This document shows positions 26,186 to 35,571 of a stretch of DNA of 35,571 nucleotides, piece after piece; positions within the stretch are counted from its first letter, which is position 1; the number at the start of each line of letters is the position of its first letter. Made by a program: the position numbers and the translations under genes. Below the pieces are notes generated by a model, which ran no database searches, had not been told where the DNA came from, and worked only from the letters and a program-made list of their open reading frames with translations. Where the stretch lies: the NCBI GenBank assembly GCA_014879465.1, contig JACSSA010000077.1, forward strand, positions 1-35,571. Reading direction: 5' to 3'. This DNA is from Rhodothermales bacterium (lineage in GTDB: Bacteria > Bacteroidota > Rhodothermia > Rhodothermales > BA12).

Positions 26186-27523
26186 GTGCGCCGCCCGAAG
26201 GGCGAGGTTCTCCTGCGGACGTTGCCCTTTGGACTTCGAACATCGCCCTTGTCCTCGACCAAGCTCTTCTCCGATCCCGTCCACGGCTTCCACGCCGTCC
26301 CGCGAGCGCTGCTGCCGCTGGTGGACGCGCCGGAGGTGCAGCGGCTGCGGCGCATCCGGCAGTTGGGCGTGGGCTACCTCGTCTTTCCGGGAGCCGAGCA
26401 CAGTCGTTTCGGGCATGCCCTTGGCACGATGGCGCTTTTGGGCGACGTGTTGACGTCGCTCGAAGCCAAGGGCGTGCGCCTGAGCAGCACCGAGCGCTTG
26501 GCCGCCCTGGCGGCAGCATTGCTGCACGACGTGGGCCACGGCCCGTTCTCGCACACGCTCGAGCACGACCTGCTCGCCGGCGCGCCGCACGAGGCGATGA
26601 GCCGCGCGCTGATCGGGCGGATGCAGCGACGGTTTGCCGCCGAAGGCTCGCCGCTGGCCGAGGTGCTCGCGCTCACCCGCCGCATCTTCGACGGCGCGTA
26701 CGAGCGGCCCTTCCTTCACGACCTCGTCTCCGGGCAACTGGACGTGGATCGGCTCGACTACCTCCGCCGCGACGCCTTCTACACCGGCGTGGTGGAAGGG
26801 CAGGTGGGGGTGGATCGGCTGGTGAAGACGCTGGCCGTCCTCGACGACGGCGCGGGCGAGCGGCTCGTCGTGGAGGCCAAGGGCGCGTACGCGGTGGAAA
26901 ACTTCCTCAACGCCCGGCGGCTGATGTACGGGCAGGTGTACCTCCACAAAACCGTGCTGGCGGGCGATCAGGTGCTGCGCGCGGCGCTCGCCCGCGCCAA
27001 AGCGTGCCTTGGCGATGCCGAGGTGGCTTCGGGAACGTCGGATGCGCTGCGCTTTTTCCTCGATGCCGCCGCGCCCGACCTCGGCAGCCCGGCGGTGCAG
27101 GAGGCGTTTCTCGCGCTCGACGACGCCGAGGTGACGGTGAGCCTCAAGCGCTGGCGGCGGGCTTCCGACCCTGTCTTGGCCGATCTCGCCGGTTCGTTTC
27201 TGGATCGGAGGCTTCCGGCGGTCACCCGTCTTCCTGCCGTCCCGGACGCTGACGAACGGTGGCGCTGGGTGGACGCGGTGGCGGCGCACCTTGCGGCGCA
27301 AGGCATTGGAGTAGAGCACGCCGCGTACTACCTCGCGTTCGGCGAGACCAAGTCTACCGCCTACGACCCTGACGTCGGTGCCATCCGGGTGCTTGAACGC
27401 AGCGGTTCGGTGCAGCCGTTCGTGGGCGAGCATCTCGGGACAGGGGGGAGCGGCCGGGGGGCGTACGTCGTCCATCCCAAAGGCGTTCGGCCCGCAGCGG
27501 ATACCGCCGGGGCCGAAGAGTAA
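26186..27523 (+). CDS. HD-domain phosphohydrolase (COG1078/dNTP triphosphohydrolase-like family)
   Basis: KLFSDPVHGF (typical N-terminal motif of this family), HSRFGHALGTMAL, LLHDVGHGPFSH (HD motif), DRLDYLRRDAFYTGV. The GTG start at 26186 is 1 nt after the speE stop. Alternative TTG starts at 26219 or 26249 would leave a short gap. Confidence 0.75.
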   Translation: MRRPKGEVLLRTLPFGLRTSPLSSTKLFSDPVHGFHAVPRALLPLVDAPEVQRLRRIRQLGVGYLVFPGAEHSRFGHALGTMALLGDVLTSLEAKGVRLSSTERLAALAAALLHDVGHGPFSHTLEHDLLAGAPHEAMSRALIGRMQRRFAAEGSPLAEVLALTRRIFDGAYERPFLHDLVSGQLDVDRLDYLRRDAFYTGVVEGQVGVDRLVKTLAVLDDGAGERLVVEAKGAYAVENFLNARRLMYGQVYLHKTVLAGDQVLRAALARAKACLGDAEVASGTSDALRFFLDAAAPDLGSPAVQEAFLALDDAEVTVSLKRWRRASDPVLADLAGSFLDRRLPAVTRLPAVPDADERWRWVDAVAAHLAAQGIGVEHAAYYLAFGETKSTAYDPDVGAIRVLERSGSVQPFVGEHLGTGGSGRGAYVVHPKGVRPAADTAGAEE

Positions 27524-27537
27524 AGCCGATCGTTGGG

Positions 27538-28113
27538 TCAGATGTAGAGGTGCGGGCGGAGCTTGTCGAGCGTCTTGTCGCCGATGCCGCGCACGTTGTT
27601 GAGTTCGTCCACGCTGCGGAAACGCCCGTGCTCGCGGCGGTAGTCGAGGATGCGCTGGGCCATCGCCTCGCCGATGCGGGGCAGCCGTTGCAGTTCGGCA
27701 GACGTGGCGGTGTTGAGGTTCATCCGTCCCGCAAAGGCCGGCTTGCGCTGGCTCCGGCGCTCGTGCGCGGTGGGAGCCTCTGTAGCCGCAGCCGCTTCGA
27801 CGGCTTGGGCGGACGAGGCTGGCAGCAGCGCGGCGACAGCGTCCATCTGCACCGGCGGCTCGGCGGCCACGGCGGCGCGGGCGCTGTCCTTCACCGCTTC
27901 CACCGACGCGGCAAGGACGGTCGGTGCGACGGCGCTGCGCACGGTGAACGTGGCATGCGCGTTTTGCTCGGACGCAGCAAGCGGCGCGGCGCTGGCCTTC
28001 TGCACCGACTGCGCACCGAGGCCGACGACGGCCAAGAGCACCAGCGTGGCGAGGGCGTTGAGTTCGGCGCGGGTGAGCGCCACGACGGTCTGAAGGCGGT
28101 AGAGGGCGGTCAT
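27538..28113 (-). CDS. comEA: ComEA-like competence protein (signal/TM anchor, Ala-rich linker, C-terminal helix-hairpin-helix DNA-binding domain)
   Basis: The C-terminal MNLNTATSAELQRLPRIGEAMAQRILDYRREHGRFRSVDELNNVRGIGDKTLDKLRPHLYI is a canonical HhH ComEA domain. Start set at MTALYRL (ATG at 28113). The ORF-track extension to 28470 is an Arg-rich artefact. Confidence 0.7.
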   Translation of the reverse strand: MTALYRLQTVVALTRAELNALATLVLLAVVGLGAQSVQKASAAPLAASEQNAHATFTVRSAVAPTVLAASVEAVKDSARAAVAAEPPVQMDAVAALLPASSAQAVEAAAATEAPTAHERRSQRKPAFAGRMNLNTATSAELQRLPRIGEAMAQRILDYRREHGRFRSVDELNNVRGIGDKTLDKLRPHLYI

Positions 28114-28247
28114 CGGTGGAGTAGGCTTGGCGGTGGAACGAGATGCGGTTCGCCGGGATAGAGTCGCACGCGCGCGCCGCATACCCTCGCGCACGAAATA
28201 TTTTGGAGGCGTTGGGGTTGACCCCACGCCGCCCGCTTTCCGTCCCA

Positions 28248-29189
28248 ATGCATCGTCTCCTTCCGTTCGTCCTCGTTTTTGCGGCCGCCTGCGCCGCTCC
28301 GAAACCCGCCGCCGACTCCGCCGCCCCGCCCGCCGCTTCGGCGGAGGAGCCGCACGACATGGCCGACTCGATGCACACCGAGCACGCTGCCGACCGGCCC
28401 ACGCCTTCGGGCGCGGTGCAACCGCCTCGGGTGCCAGTTGTCGGCGAGACGGTGAACTACATTGGCTCAAGGGGCTACTACGCCCGCCCGCGCAGCCGGC
28501 CCACCCGCGCCGGGCTGATCGTGGCGCACGAATGGTGGGGACTGAACGACAACGTCCGGCGCATGGCCGACCGGCTGGCCGGGGAAGGGTACCGCGTCCT
28601 CGCCATCGACCTGTACGCCGGGATGGTCGCCACCCGCCCCGACTCGGCGGCGGGCCTCTACCGCGCCGCCACCACCGACCTCGACGGGATGCGCGACAAC
28701 CTCCAGCGGGCGTACCGTTGGCTCACCGGCCCGCAGGGCGGTGCGACCGGCAAGGTCGGCATTCTCGGCTGGTGTATGGGCGGCCTCGTGGCCATCGAGG
28801 GCGCGATGACGCTGCCCACGCAGCTGGACGCCGCCGTGATCTACTACGGCGATATGTCCGGCGCGACCGTCGAACGCCTCCGTCCCATCCGGATGCCGAT
28901 TCTCGGGCATTTTGCCGAGCAAGACCGCGCCATCCCGCCCGACAGCGTCGCGGCGTTCGAACAGCGTCTTGCCGCTGCCGGACGCCCCGCCGACCTCACC
29001 GTGTACCCCGGCGTGGGGCACGGCTTCGCCAATCCGACCGGCCAGCGCTACGATGCCGCCGCCGAGGCCGAGGCGTGGACGAAAACCGTCGCCTTCCTCC
29101 GCCAGAACCTCCTGCCCACGCCCGCCCGCACGACGCGTCCGCGCACGACCCGCCCGCGCACCACGCGTCCGCGTGCCCGCCGCAACTGA
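28248..29189 (+). CDS. Dienelactone hydrolase-family lipoprotein with C-terminal basic (TTRPR)x3 repeat tail
   Basis: MHRLLPFVLVFAAAC lipobox. DLH-family motifs GLIVAHEWWGLNDNVRRMADRLAGEGYRVLAIDLY ... GILGWCMGG (nucleophile elbow G-x-C-x-G) ... HGF. Tail ...PTPARTTRPRTTRPRTTRPRARRN. Confidence 0.75.
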   Translation: MHRLLPFVLVFAAACAAPKPAADSAAPPAASAEEPHDMADSMHTEHAADRPTPSGAVQPPRVPVVGETVNYIGSRGYYARPRSRPTRAGLIVAHEWWGLNDNVRRMADRLAGEGYRVLAIDLYAGMVATRPDSAAGLYRAATTDLDGMRDNLQRAYRWLTGPQGGATGKVGILGWCMGGLVAIEGAMTLPTQLDAAVIYYGDMSGATVERLRPIRMPILGHFAEQDRAIPPDSVAAFEQRLAAAGRPADLTVYPGVGHGFANPTGQRYDAAAEAEAWTKTVAFLRQNLLPTPARTTRPRTTRPRTTRPRARRN

Positions 29190-29193
29190 TCCG

Positions 29194-29547
29194 ATGACCC
29201 ACGACGCCCTTCGCCGCGCCGCGATCGCGCTGCCGCACGCCACCGAAGACCAACCCTTCGGGCCGCACAACGTGGTGTTTCGCGTGGGCGGCAAGATCTT
29301 CGCCCTGCTCGCCCTCGACGCCTTCCCGCCGACGTTCAACTACAAGGGTGAGCCAGACGATCTCGTCGACCAGCGCGAGCGCTACGCCAGCGTGTCGGCG
29401 GGCTGGCACATGAACAAGCGGCATTGGAATACGGTCGTTGCCGACGGCGAAGTCCCCGCCGACGACCTGCGGGCGTGGCTGGCCGAGAGCCACCGCCTCG
29501 TCCACGCGTCGCTGCCCAAGGCCGTCCGAGCGGCTCTGCCGTTGTGA
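29194..29547 (+). CDS. YjbR/MmcQ-family protein (DUF419-like small DNA-binding fold)
   Basis: PFGPHNVVFRVGGKIFALLALD ... GWHMNKRHWNTVVADGEVP ... LVHASLPK aligns closely with E. coli YjbR. Confidence 0.65.
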   Translation: MTHDALRRAAIALPHATEDQPFGPHNVVFRVGGKIFALLALDAFPPTFNYKGEPDDLVDQRERYASVSAGWHMNKRHWNTVVADGEVPADDLRAWLAESHRLVHASLPKAVRAALPL

Positions 29548-30263
29548 CGCGCCGCGCCGCTTCGCCTGCCCCGCTCGACGTGCGGCTGCTCGACAACCAC
29601 CTGCTGGTCGTTGTCAAGCCTGCCGGGCTGCTCGCTCAGGCCGACCGCACCGGCGACCCGGACGTGCTCACGCTCGGCAAGGCGTTCGTGAAGGCGCAGT
29701 TTCAGAAACCCGGCGACGTGTTTCTCGGCCTTGTCCATCGGCTCGACCGTCCGGTTTCGGGGCTGATGGTGCTGGCCCGCACGAGCAAGGCGGCGTCGCG
29801 ACTCTCGGCGCAGTTTCGCGACCGCACGCTCGCCAAAACGTATGTGGCGGTGGTGGAAGGACGGCTCGACGGGGCGGGGACGATGGAGGACTGGCTGGTG
29901 AAGTCCGACGAGACGGTGCGCGTGGTGCGGGCCGGCGCGCCCGGAGCCAAGGCCGCCCGGCTCCGCTACGAGGCGCTCGCCCACGCCGACGGCTTGACGC
30001 TCGTCGGCATCCGCCTTGACACCGGGCGGGCGCATCAGATCCGCGTGCAGTTCGCATCGCGCGGGCATCCGCTGGCCGGCGACCGGCGCTACGGCGCGTC
30101 CCGTGGCTGGCCCGGCGGCCTCGCGTTGCACAGCGCCCGTTTGGCCTTCGCCCACCCGACCCGACCGGAGGCCGTCGACGTGCGCGCCGCACCCGCGTGG
30201 CCTGCGCCATGGGGCGAAGCCGCTGCCGCGTGGATCGCTGCGTTGCCAAGCTCCGACGGCTAA
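29544..30263 (+). CDS. RluA-family pseudouridine synthase (no S4 domain)
   Basis: The GTG start overlaps the previous stop (GTGA). LLVVVKPAGLL ... HRLDRPVSGLMVLART (catalytic Asp motif) ... RTHQIRVQ-like GRAHQIRVQFA. Confidence 0.8.
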   Translation: MTRRAASPAPLDVRLLDNHLLVVVKPAGLLAQADRTGDPDVLTLGKAFVKAQFQKPGDVFLGLVHRLDRPVSGLMVLARTSKAASRLSAQFRDRTLAKTYVAVVEGRLDGAGTMEDWLVKSDETVRVVRAGAPGAKAARLRYEALAHADGLTLVGIRLDTGRAHQIRVQFASRGHPLAGDRRYGASRGWPGGLALHSARLAFAHPTRPEAVDVRAAPAWPAPWGEAAAAWIAALPSSDG

Positions 30264-30420
30264 ACCGCCCCGATTCGTGCAGGGTGGATGAAAAACCCGG
30301 TTGGGGCGGAGCCTTCAACCCCCCTTCGTAACCCGTTTCGTTACTTGACGAGACCGGGGTAGTGCTGGAAGGTCTTCTGTGGCTTCCCCTCGTTAGTCTC
30401 CTCCGCCCGGACGTCTGTTC

Positions 30421-31464
30421 GTGATCGCTCCCGCCTCTACACATCGTTTGTATGCTCGCCCCGCCGACCGCGTCGGTGTGGTGCTGCTGACGGCAGGAGG
30501 CCCCGACCGAGGCGAGGAGGTGGCCGCGTTCCTGCAGCAGCGGCTGCGCGACCTGTGGCGCGTGCGTTTTCGGTGGCTCCCCGACCGGTTGTGCTGCGTG
30601 GTTGCCCGGTTCTGGGCGCGCCGCCGTGCGGCCTCGCTGGCCCAAAGCCTCGCCCTTGTGGGCGGTGCCGTCCCCGAAACCCGTCTTCTGGCGGAACTGG
30701 CCGAGCGGGTCGAAGAAACCCTTGCCGAGCACCACCCGCATGTCGCGTGGGAGGTCGTTTCGGCGTCGCGCTACGGTGCATCGTCGTTGGATGATGCGGC
30801 CGCTCGCCTTCGAGAAGCCGATGTGGAACGGATTGTGGCTGTGCCGCTCGTGTCGATGTGGACGGAGGCGCTTTCCGGAATGCTCGCCCGTGCGTGGACC
30901 GATGCGCAGGCCCTTGCGCAGCTCGGCGCGGTGCCGACGATGTGGGTGCGCGGCTTTGCCGACCGCGACGGATACGCCGATGCCATCGGCGAGCGCATCG
31001 CCGAGGCGATGCAGCGTTTTCCGCGTGCCGTGCGCCACGACGTGCAGGTGCTCTTTGCCGTCCACCCCGACGGGCAGACCGGCGGCGATCTGGCCGATTC
31101 ACCGTTTCAGACCATGGTCGAGCGGGTGGCCGAACGGTTGACCCGCCCGTCGTATGTCGCGGTTGCGCCGGTTTGGGGGGAGAGCCGAACGTCGTCGTCC
31201 GCCATGTCCGACGAGGTCGCGCGGCTGGTCCGCGAGGGTGTTCGGCATCTCGTTGTGGTGCCCATCGGGTTCGTGATCGATACGATGGACACGGTCTACG
31301 AGCTGGATCTTGTTCAGCGCCAAGAGGCCGAAAGCCTGGGCGTGATTCAGTACGAAGTAGCCGCCGCCCTCAACCTGCACGAAGCGTTCGTGAGCACCTT
31401 GGCGTCTGTCGTCTGCGATGCGGCCGGAATGACTACCGCTGCCGATGTCGCCCACGCGGCGTAG
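30421..31464 (+). CDS. hemH: Ferrochelatase-family chelatase (HemH/CpfC-like), divergent
   Basis: VGVVLLTAGGPD (cf. GVLLxNLGTP), LALVGGAVPE, QVLFAVHPDG (His-containing motif), VVVPIGFVIDTMDTVYELD (cf. VPVGFVADHLEVLYDND, where the usual Glu is Asp here). GTG start at 30421. TTG at 30448 is an alternative. Confidence 0.6.
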   Translation: MIAPASTHRLYARPADRVGVVLLTAGGPDRGEEVAAFLQQRLRDLWRVRFRWLPDRLCCVVARFWARRRAASLAQSLALVGGAVPETRLLAELAERVEETLAEHHPHVAWEVVSASRYGASSLDDAAARLREADVERIVAVPLVSMWTEALSGMLARAWTDAQALAQLGAVPTMWVRGFADRDGYADAIGERIAEAMQRFPRAVRHDVQVLFAVHPDGQTGGDLADSPFQTMVERVAERLTRPSYVAVAPVWGESRTSSSAMSDEVARLVREGVRHLVVVPIGFVIDTMDTVYELDLVQRQEAESLGVIQYEVAAALNLHEAFVSTLASVVCDAAGMTTAADVAHAA

Positions 31465-31471
31465 CAACCTC

Positions 31472-31864
31472 ATGCCTCCCGCCACCGCCGTCCTGCTCCC
31501 TCTCGCCGCCGTTGCGCCCGGCACGCCGGTGCGCGTGGTTGGTGACGATCCGCGCCACGCCGACGCGCTCGCCCAACTCGGCCTTGCGGTGACTTTCGAC
31601 GGGGCCGCCCCATGGGCCGTGGCGTGGCGCACGCTCGACAGTCTCGGCGATGACCGGCTGCGCACGCTGCGCGAGGCGCTGCTTCCCGGCGGCTGGATCG
31701 CTGTAGCCGTGGCCTCCGATACGGCGTCGCCAGCCGATCTCGTGATACGGATGGAAGACGTCGGTTTGGCCCTCGCCGACGCCCCCGCCGCCGAGGCCGA
31801 CGCCGATGGCGTGCGGGTGGTGCGCGGTCTGTTCCGGCGCGTCGATCCGGGCGTGATCGCGTGA
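31472..31864 (+). CDS. Hypothetical protein (130 aa), Ala/Asp-rich; faint resemblance to the C-terminal half of a SAM-methyltransferase fold (LLPGGWIAV)
   Basis: ORF immediately after hemH with genome-like codon bias. No strong motif. Confidence 0.3.
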   Translation: MPPATAVLLPLAAVAPGTPVRVVGDDPRHADALAQLGLAVTFDGAAPWAVAWRTLDSLGDDRLRTLREALLPGGWIAVAVASDTASPADLVIRMEDVGLALADAPAAEADADGVRVVRGLFRRVDPGVIA

Positions 31865-31949
31865 TCGGCCCGTCTTCCCTCCACCTTCTCCCACCTCGTC
31901 CCGTCGTCGCCCGTATCTTTGCTGGGCTACTCCCGACCCTTTTTTCCCA

Positions 31950-32519
31950 ATGGCAGACACCAGCGATTTCCGCAACGGCCTCGTGCTGCAGTGGAACAAC
32001 GACCTCTGGCAGATTGTCGAGTTTATGCACGTCAAGCCCGGCAAGGGCGGTGCGTTTGTGCGCTCGAAACTCAAAAACATTCGCACCGGCAAGGTGGTGG
32101 ACGAAACGTGGCGCGCCGGCGCGCCTGTCGAAACCGCCCGCGTGGAACGCCGCACCTACCAGTTCCTCTACGAGGACGAGATGGGCTTGCACTTCATGAA
32201 CACCGACACCTACGACCAGATTATGGTGCCGAGAGACGTGGTGCCGGGCCGTCCGTACCTCAAAGAGGGCGGCACGATTGACCTGCTCGTCCACGCCGAA
32301 ACCGAGAAGGTGCTCAACTCCGAGATCAGCCCGTCGGTGGAGCTGATGGTCACCCAGACCGACCCCGGAATGAAGGGCAACACCGCCACCGGCGCGACCA
32401 AGCCCGCCACCGTCGAGTCGGGCGCGACCGTGCAGGTGCCGCTTTTCATCAACGAGGGCGACGTGATCCGCGTCAACACCGGCGACGGCAGCTACATCAC
32501 CCGCGTTTCGGCGGCCTAA
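31950..32519 (+). CDS. efp: Translation elongation factor P
   Basis: 189 aa. FRNGLVLQWNNDLWQIVEFMHVKPGKGGAFVRSKLKNIRTGKV carries the conserved modified Lys loop (KPGKG). Full EF-P three-domain length. Confidence 0.9.
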   Translation: MADTSDFRNGLVLQWNNDLWQIVEFMHVKPGKGGAFVRSKLKNIRTGKVVDETWRAGAPVETARVERRTYQFLYEDEMGLHFMNTDTYDQIMVPRDVVPGRPYLKEGGTIDLLVHAETEKVLNSEISPSVELMVTQTDPGMKGNTATGATKPATVESGATVQVPLFINEGDVIRVNTGDGSYITRVSAA

Positions 32520-32761
32520 AACCGCGTCGTAGCCTTGCAAGGCACACCCGCGACCGGGCGATTCCGCCGTGTCGTGGCCTGAGCGACGAGAAAGCCGCCC
32601 GGACACCCGTCCTGATAACCGGGTGAGGGCTAAACCGCCCGCCCGGTTGTTTGGCGGAAGTGAACACCGTAAAGCTGTAATCCCTCGGTGTTGAACAGGC
32701 GATAGCGAGGAACGATGTCCCGTTCGTGCGTATCCTTGCGATTGTCTCACCCACGTTTCCG

Positions 32762-33334
<573 letters not shown>

Positions 33335-33455
33335 TTTTGCTGGTGGGTGATGGGTACGCGCCCTGTGGGCGCGGGGAGTGGTCAGAAGGTCGAAGCTGTG
33401 CTTGTCTGACAACCCGCCGCGCCGGAGGCGCGTCCCCACGACCAACTTCCCCGTT

Positions 33456-34805
<1,350 letters not shown>

Positions 34806-34880
34806 CGGCCGGCTGTTGGCGCTGCGGGACTGGCCCCGTATCTTCTCCTCGTTCGCCCTTCTGCTGCTCGCACCTCTACT

Positions 34881-35264
34881 ATGGCTTATCCTGCCGACCT
34901 CCGCTACACCCGTGACCACGAATGGGTTCGCCTCGATGCCGACGGGCAGACGGCGACCATTGGCATCACCGACTTTGCTCAGGGCGAACTCGGCGACATC
35001 GTGTATGTGACGATGCCCACGGTGGGCGCGACTTTTGCCGCGGAGGAAACGTTTGGGGATGTCGAGGCCGTCAAGACGGTGAGCGACTTGTTTATGCCGG
35101 TGTCGGGCACCATCGTCGCCGTCAACGAGTCTCTCAACGATGCGCCGGAGGCGGTCAATACGGATCCGTACGGCGACGGCTGGCTCGTCAAGATCTCGCT
35201 CGCGGATTCCGCGGAACTCGACGGCTTGCTCTCGGCAGAAGATTACGCCGCGCATGTGGGGTGA
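34881..35264 (+). CDS. gcvH: Glycine cleavage system H protein (lipoyl carrier)
   Basis: YTRDHEWVRLDADGQTATIGITDFAQGELGDIVYV ... GDVEAVKTVSDLFMPVSG. The lipoyl-Lys is in the EAVKT motif. Confidence 0.9.
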   Translation: MAYPADLRYTRDHEWVRLDADGQTATIGITDFAQGELGDIVYVTMPTVGATFAAEETFGDVEAVKTVSDLFMPVSGTIVAVNESLNDAPEAVNTDPYGDGWLVKISLADSAELDGLLSAEDYAAHVG

Positions 35265-35361
35265 GGCGGTTCGCTCTGTTGGTTGGGAACTCGGCCGCGC
35301 CCGGTTCTTGGCCAGAGAGGCTCCGTGAGGCGGCCCGACCAAGGACGAAGAACCATGCACC

Positions 35362-35562
35362 ATGAACAGTCCCCGCCCCAACCCGAACGTCTACATCGTC
35401 CTTGGCTCGGTTTTCCTCGTGCTGGCGGCGGTCAACGGCTACCTCGCGTGGATCAGTCCGGCCGAGTCGCGGGCGATGAAGGTTGGCGTGGCGGTCGTGT
35501 TTGCGGTGCTGGGCGTGCTGCGGATCCTGCGCGGCATCACCGCCAAACGCCTGCCGCCGTAA
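35362..35562 (+). CDS. Small hypothetical two-TM membrane protein (66 aa)
   Basis: Two hydrophobic helices (VYIVLGSVFLVLAAVNGYLAWI and VGVAVVFAVLGVLRIL) with a basic C-terminus. Codon bias is genome-like. Confidence 0.35.
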   Translation: MNSPRPNPNVYIVLGSVFLVLAAVNGYLAWISPAESRAMKVGVAVVFAVLGVLRILRGITAKRLPP

Positions 35563-35571
35563 GGTTCGCGG

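Noticed and set aside
26150-28402. 750-aa ORF on the minus strand
   Set aside because: It is antisense to the HD phosphohydrolase and overlaps comEA in another frame. The product is Arg/Ala/Gly low complexity.

Overview
This is a 35.6-kb, high-GC (~68%), gene-dense chromosomal window with about 40 genes and no obvious mobile DNA. By inference it is Bacteroidota/Rhodothermota-like, based on an Lnb/DUF4105-type gene, start codons without SD sequences, and an LysM-MltD gene. Most of it is housekeeping. On the minus strand are a CHASE3 sensor kinase (partial), folA, a PhoD-like phosphatase, an LysM/MltD lytic transglycosylase and gcvP. On the plus strand are folP, cdaA (c-di-AMP cyclase) and pcm. 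A ClC chloride channel, gpmI and nth follow on the minus strand, then an Lnb-like DUF4105 membrane protein, a three-tRNA cluster (Pro-CGG, Leu-GAG, Lys-TTT), speH-speE plus an HD phosphohydrolase, comEA, a dienelactone hydrolase lipoprotein, a YjbR/MmcQ protein, an RluA-family pseudouridine synthase, a ferrochelatase-family protein, efp, accB-accC and gcvH. The most interesting block is 11.67-18.1 kb, a co-directional and partly translationally coupled run. It contains a lipoprotein, a small Ala-rich ORF, a glutathionylspermidine-synthetase-like ATP-grasp ligase (YgiC/YjfC-like), NfeD-like and flotillin proteins, a second lipoprotein, a DUF962 protein, an AlkD-like DNA glycosylase and a Fer4+CDGSH iron-sulfur protein. 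I read this as a candidate uncharacterised membrane-microdomain / ATP-grasp ligase module, possibly polyamine-linked, since speH-speE lie in the same window. Structured non-coding stretches worth a second look are the 480-nt speH leader, the 220-nt gcvP leader, tandem 14-nt repeats at the nth/lnb divergent promoter, and a 464-nt low-GC gap upstream of mltD. Many long antisense 'shadow' ORFs in the supplied track are GC artefacts and were rejected. Start coordinates were checked by hand against the sequence. Domain calls rest on recognised motifs, not on database searches.
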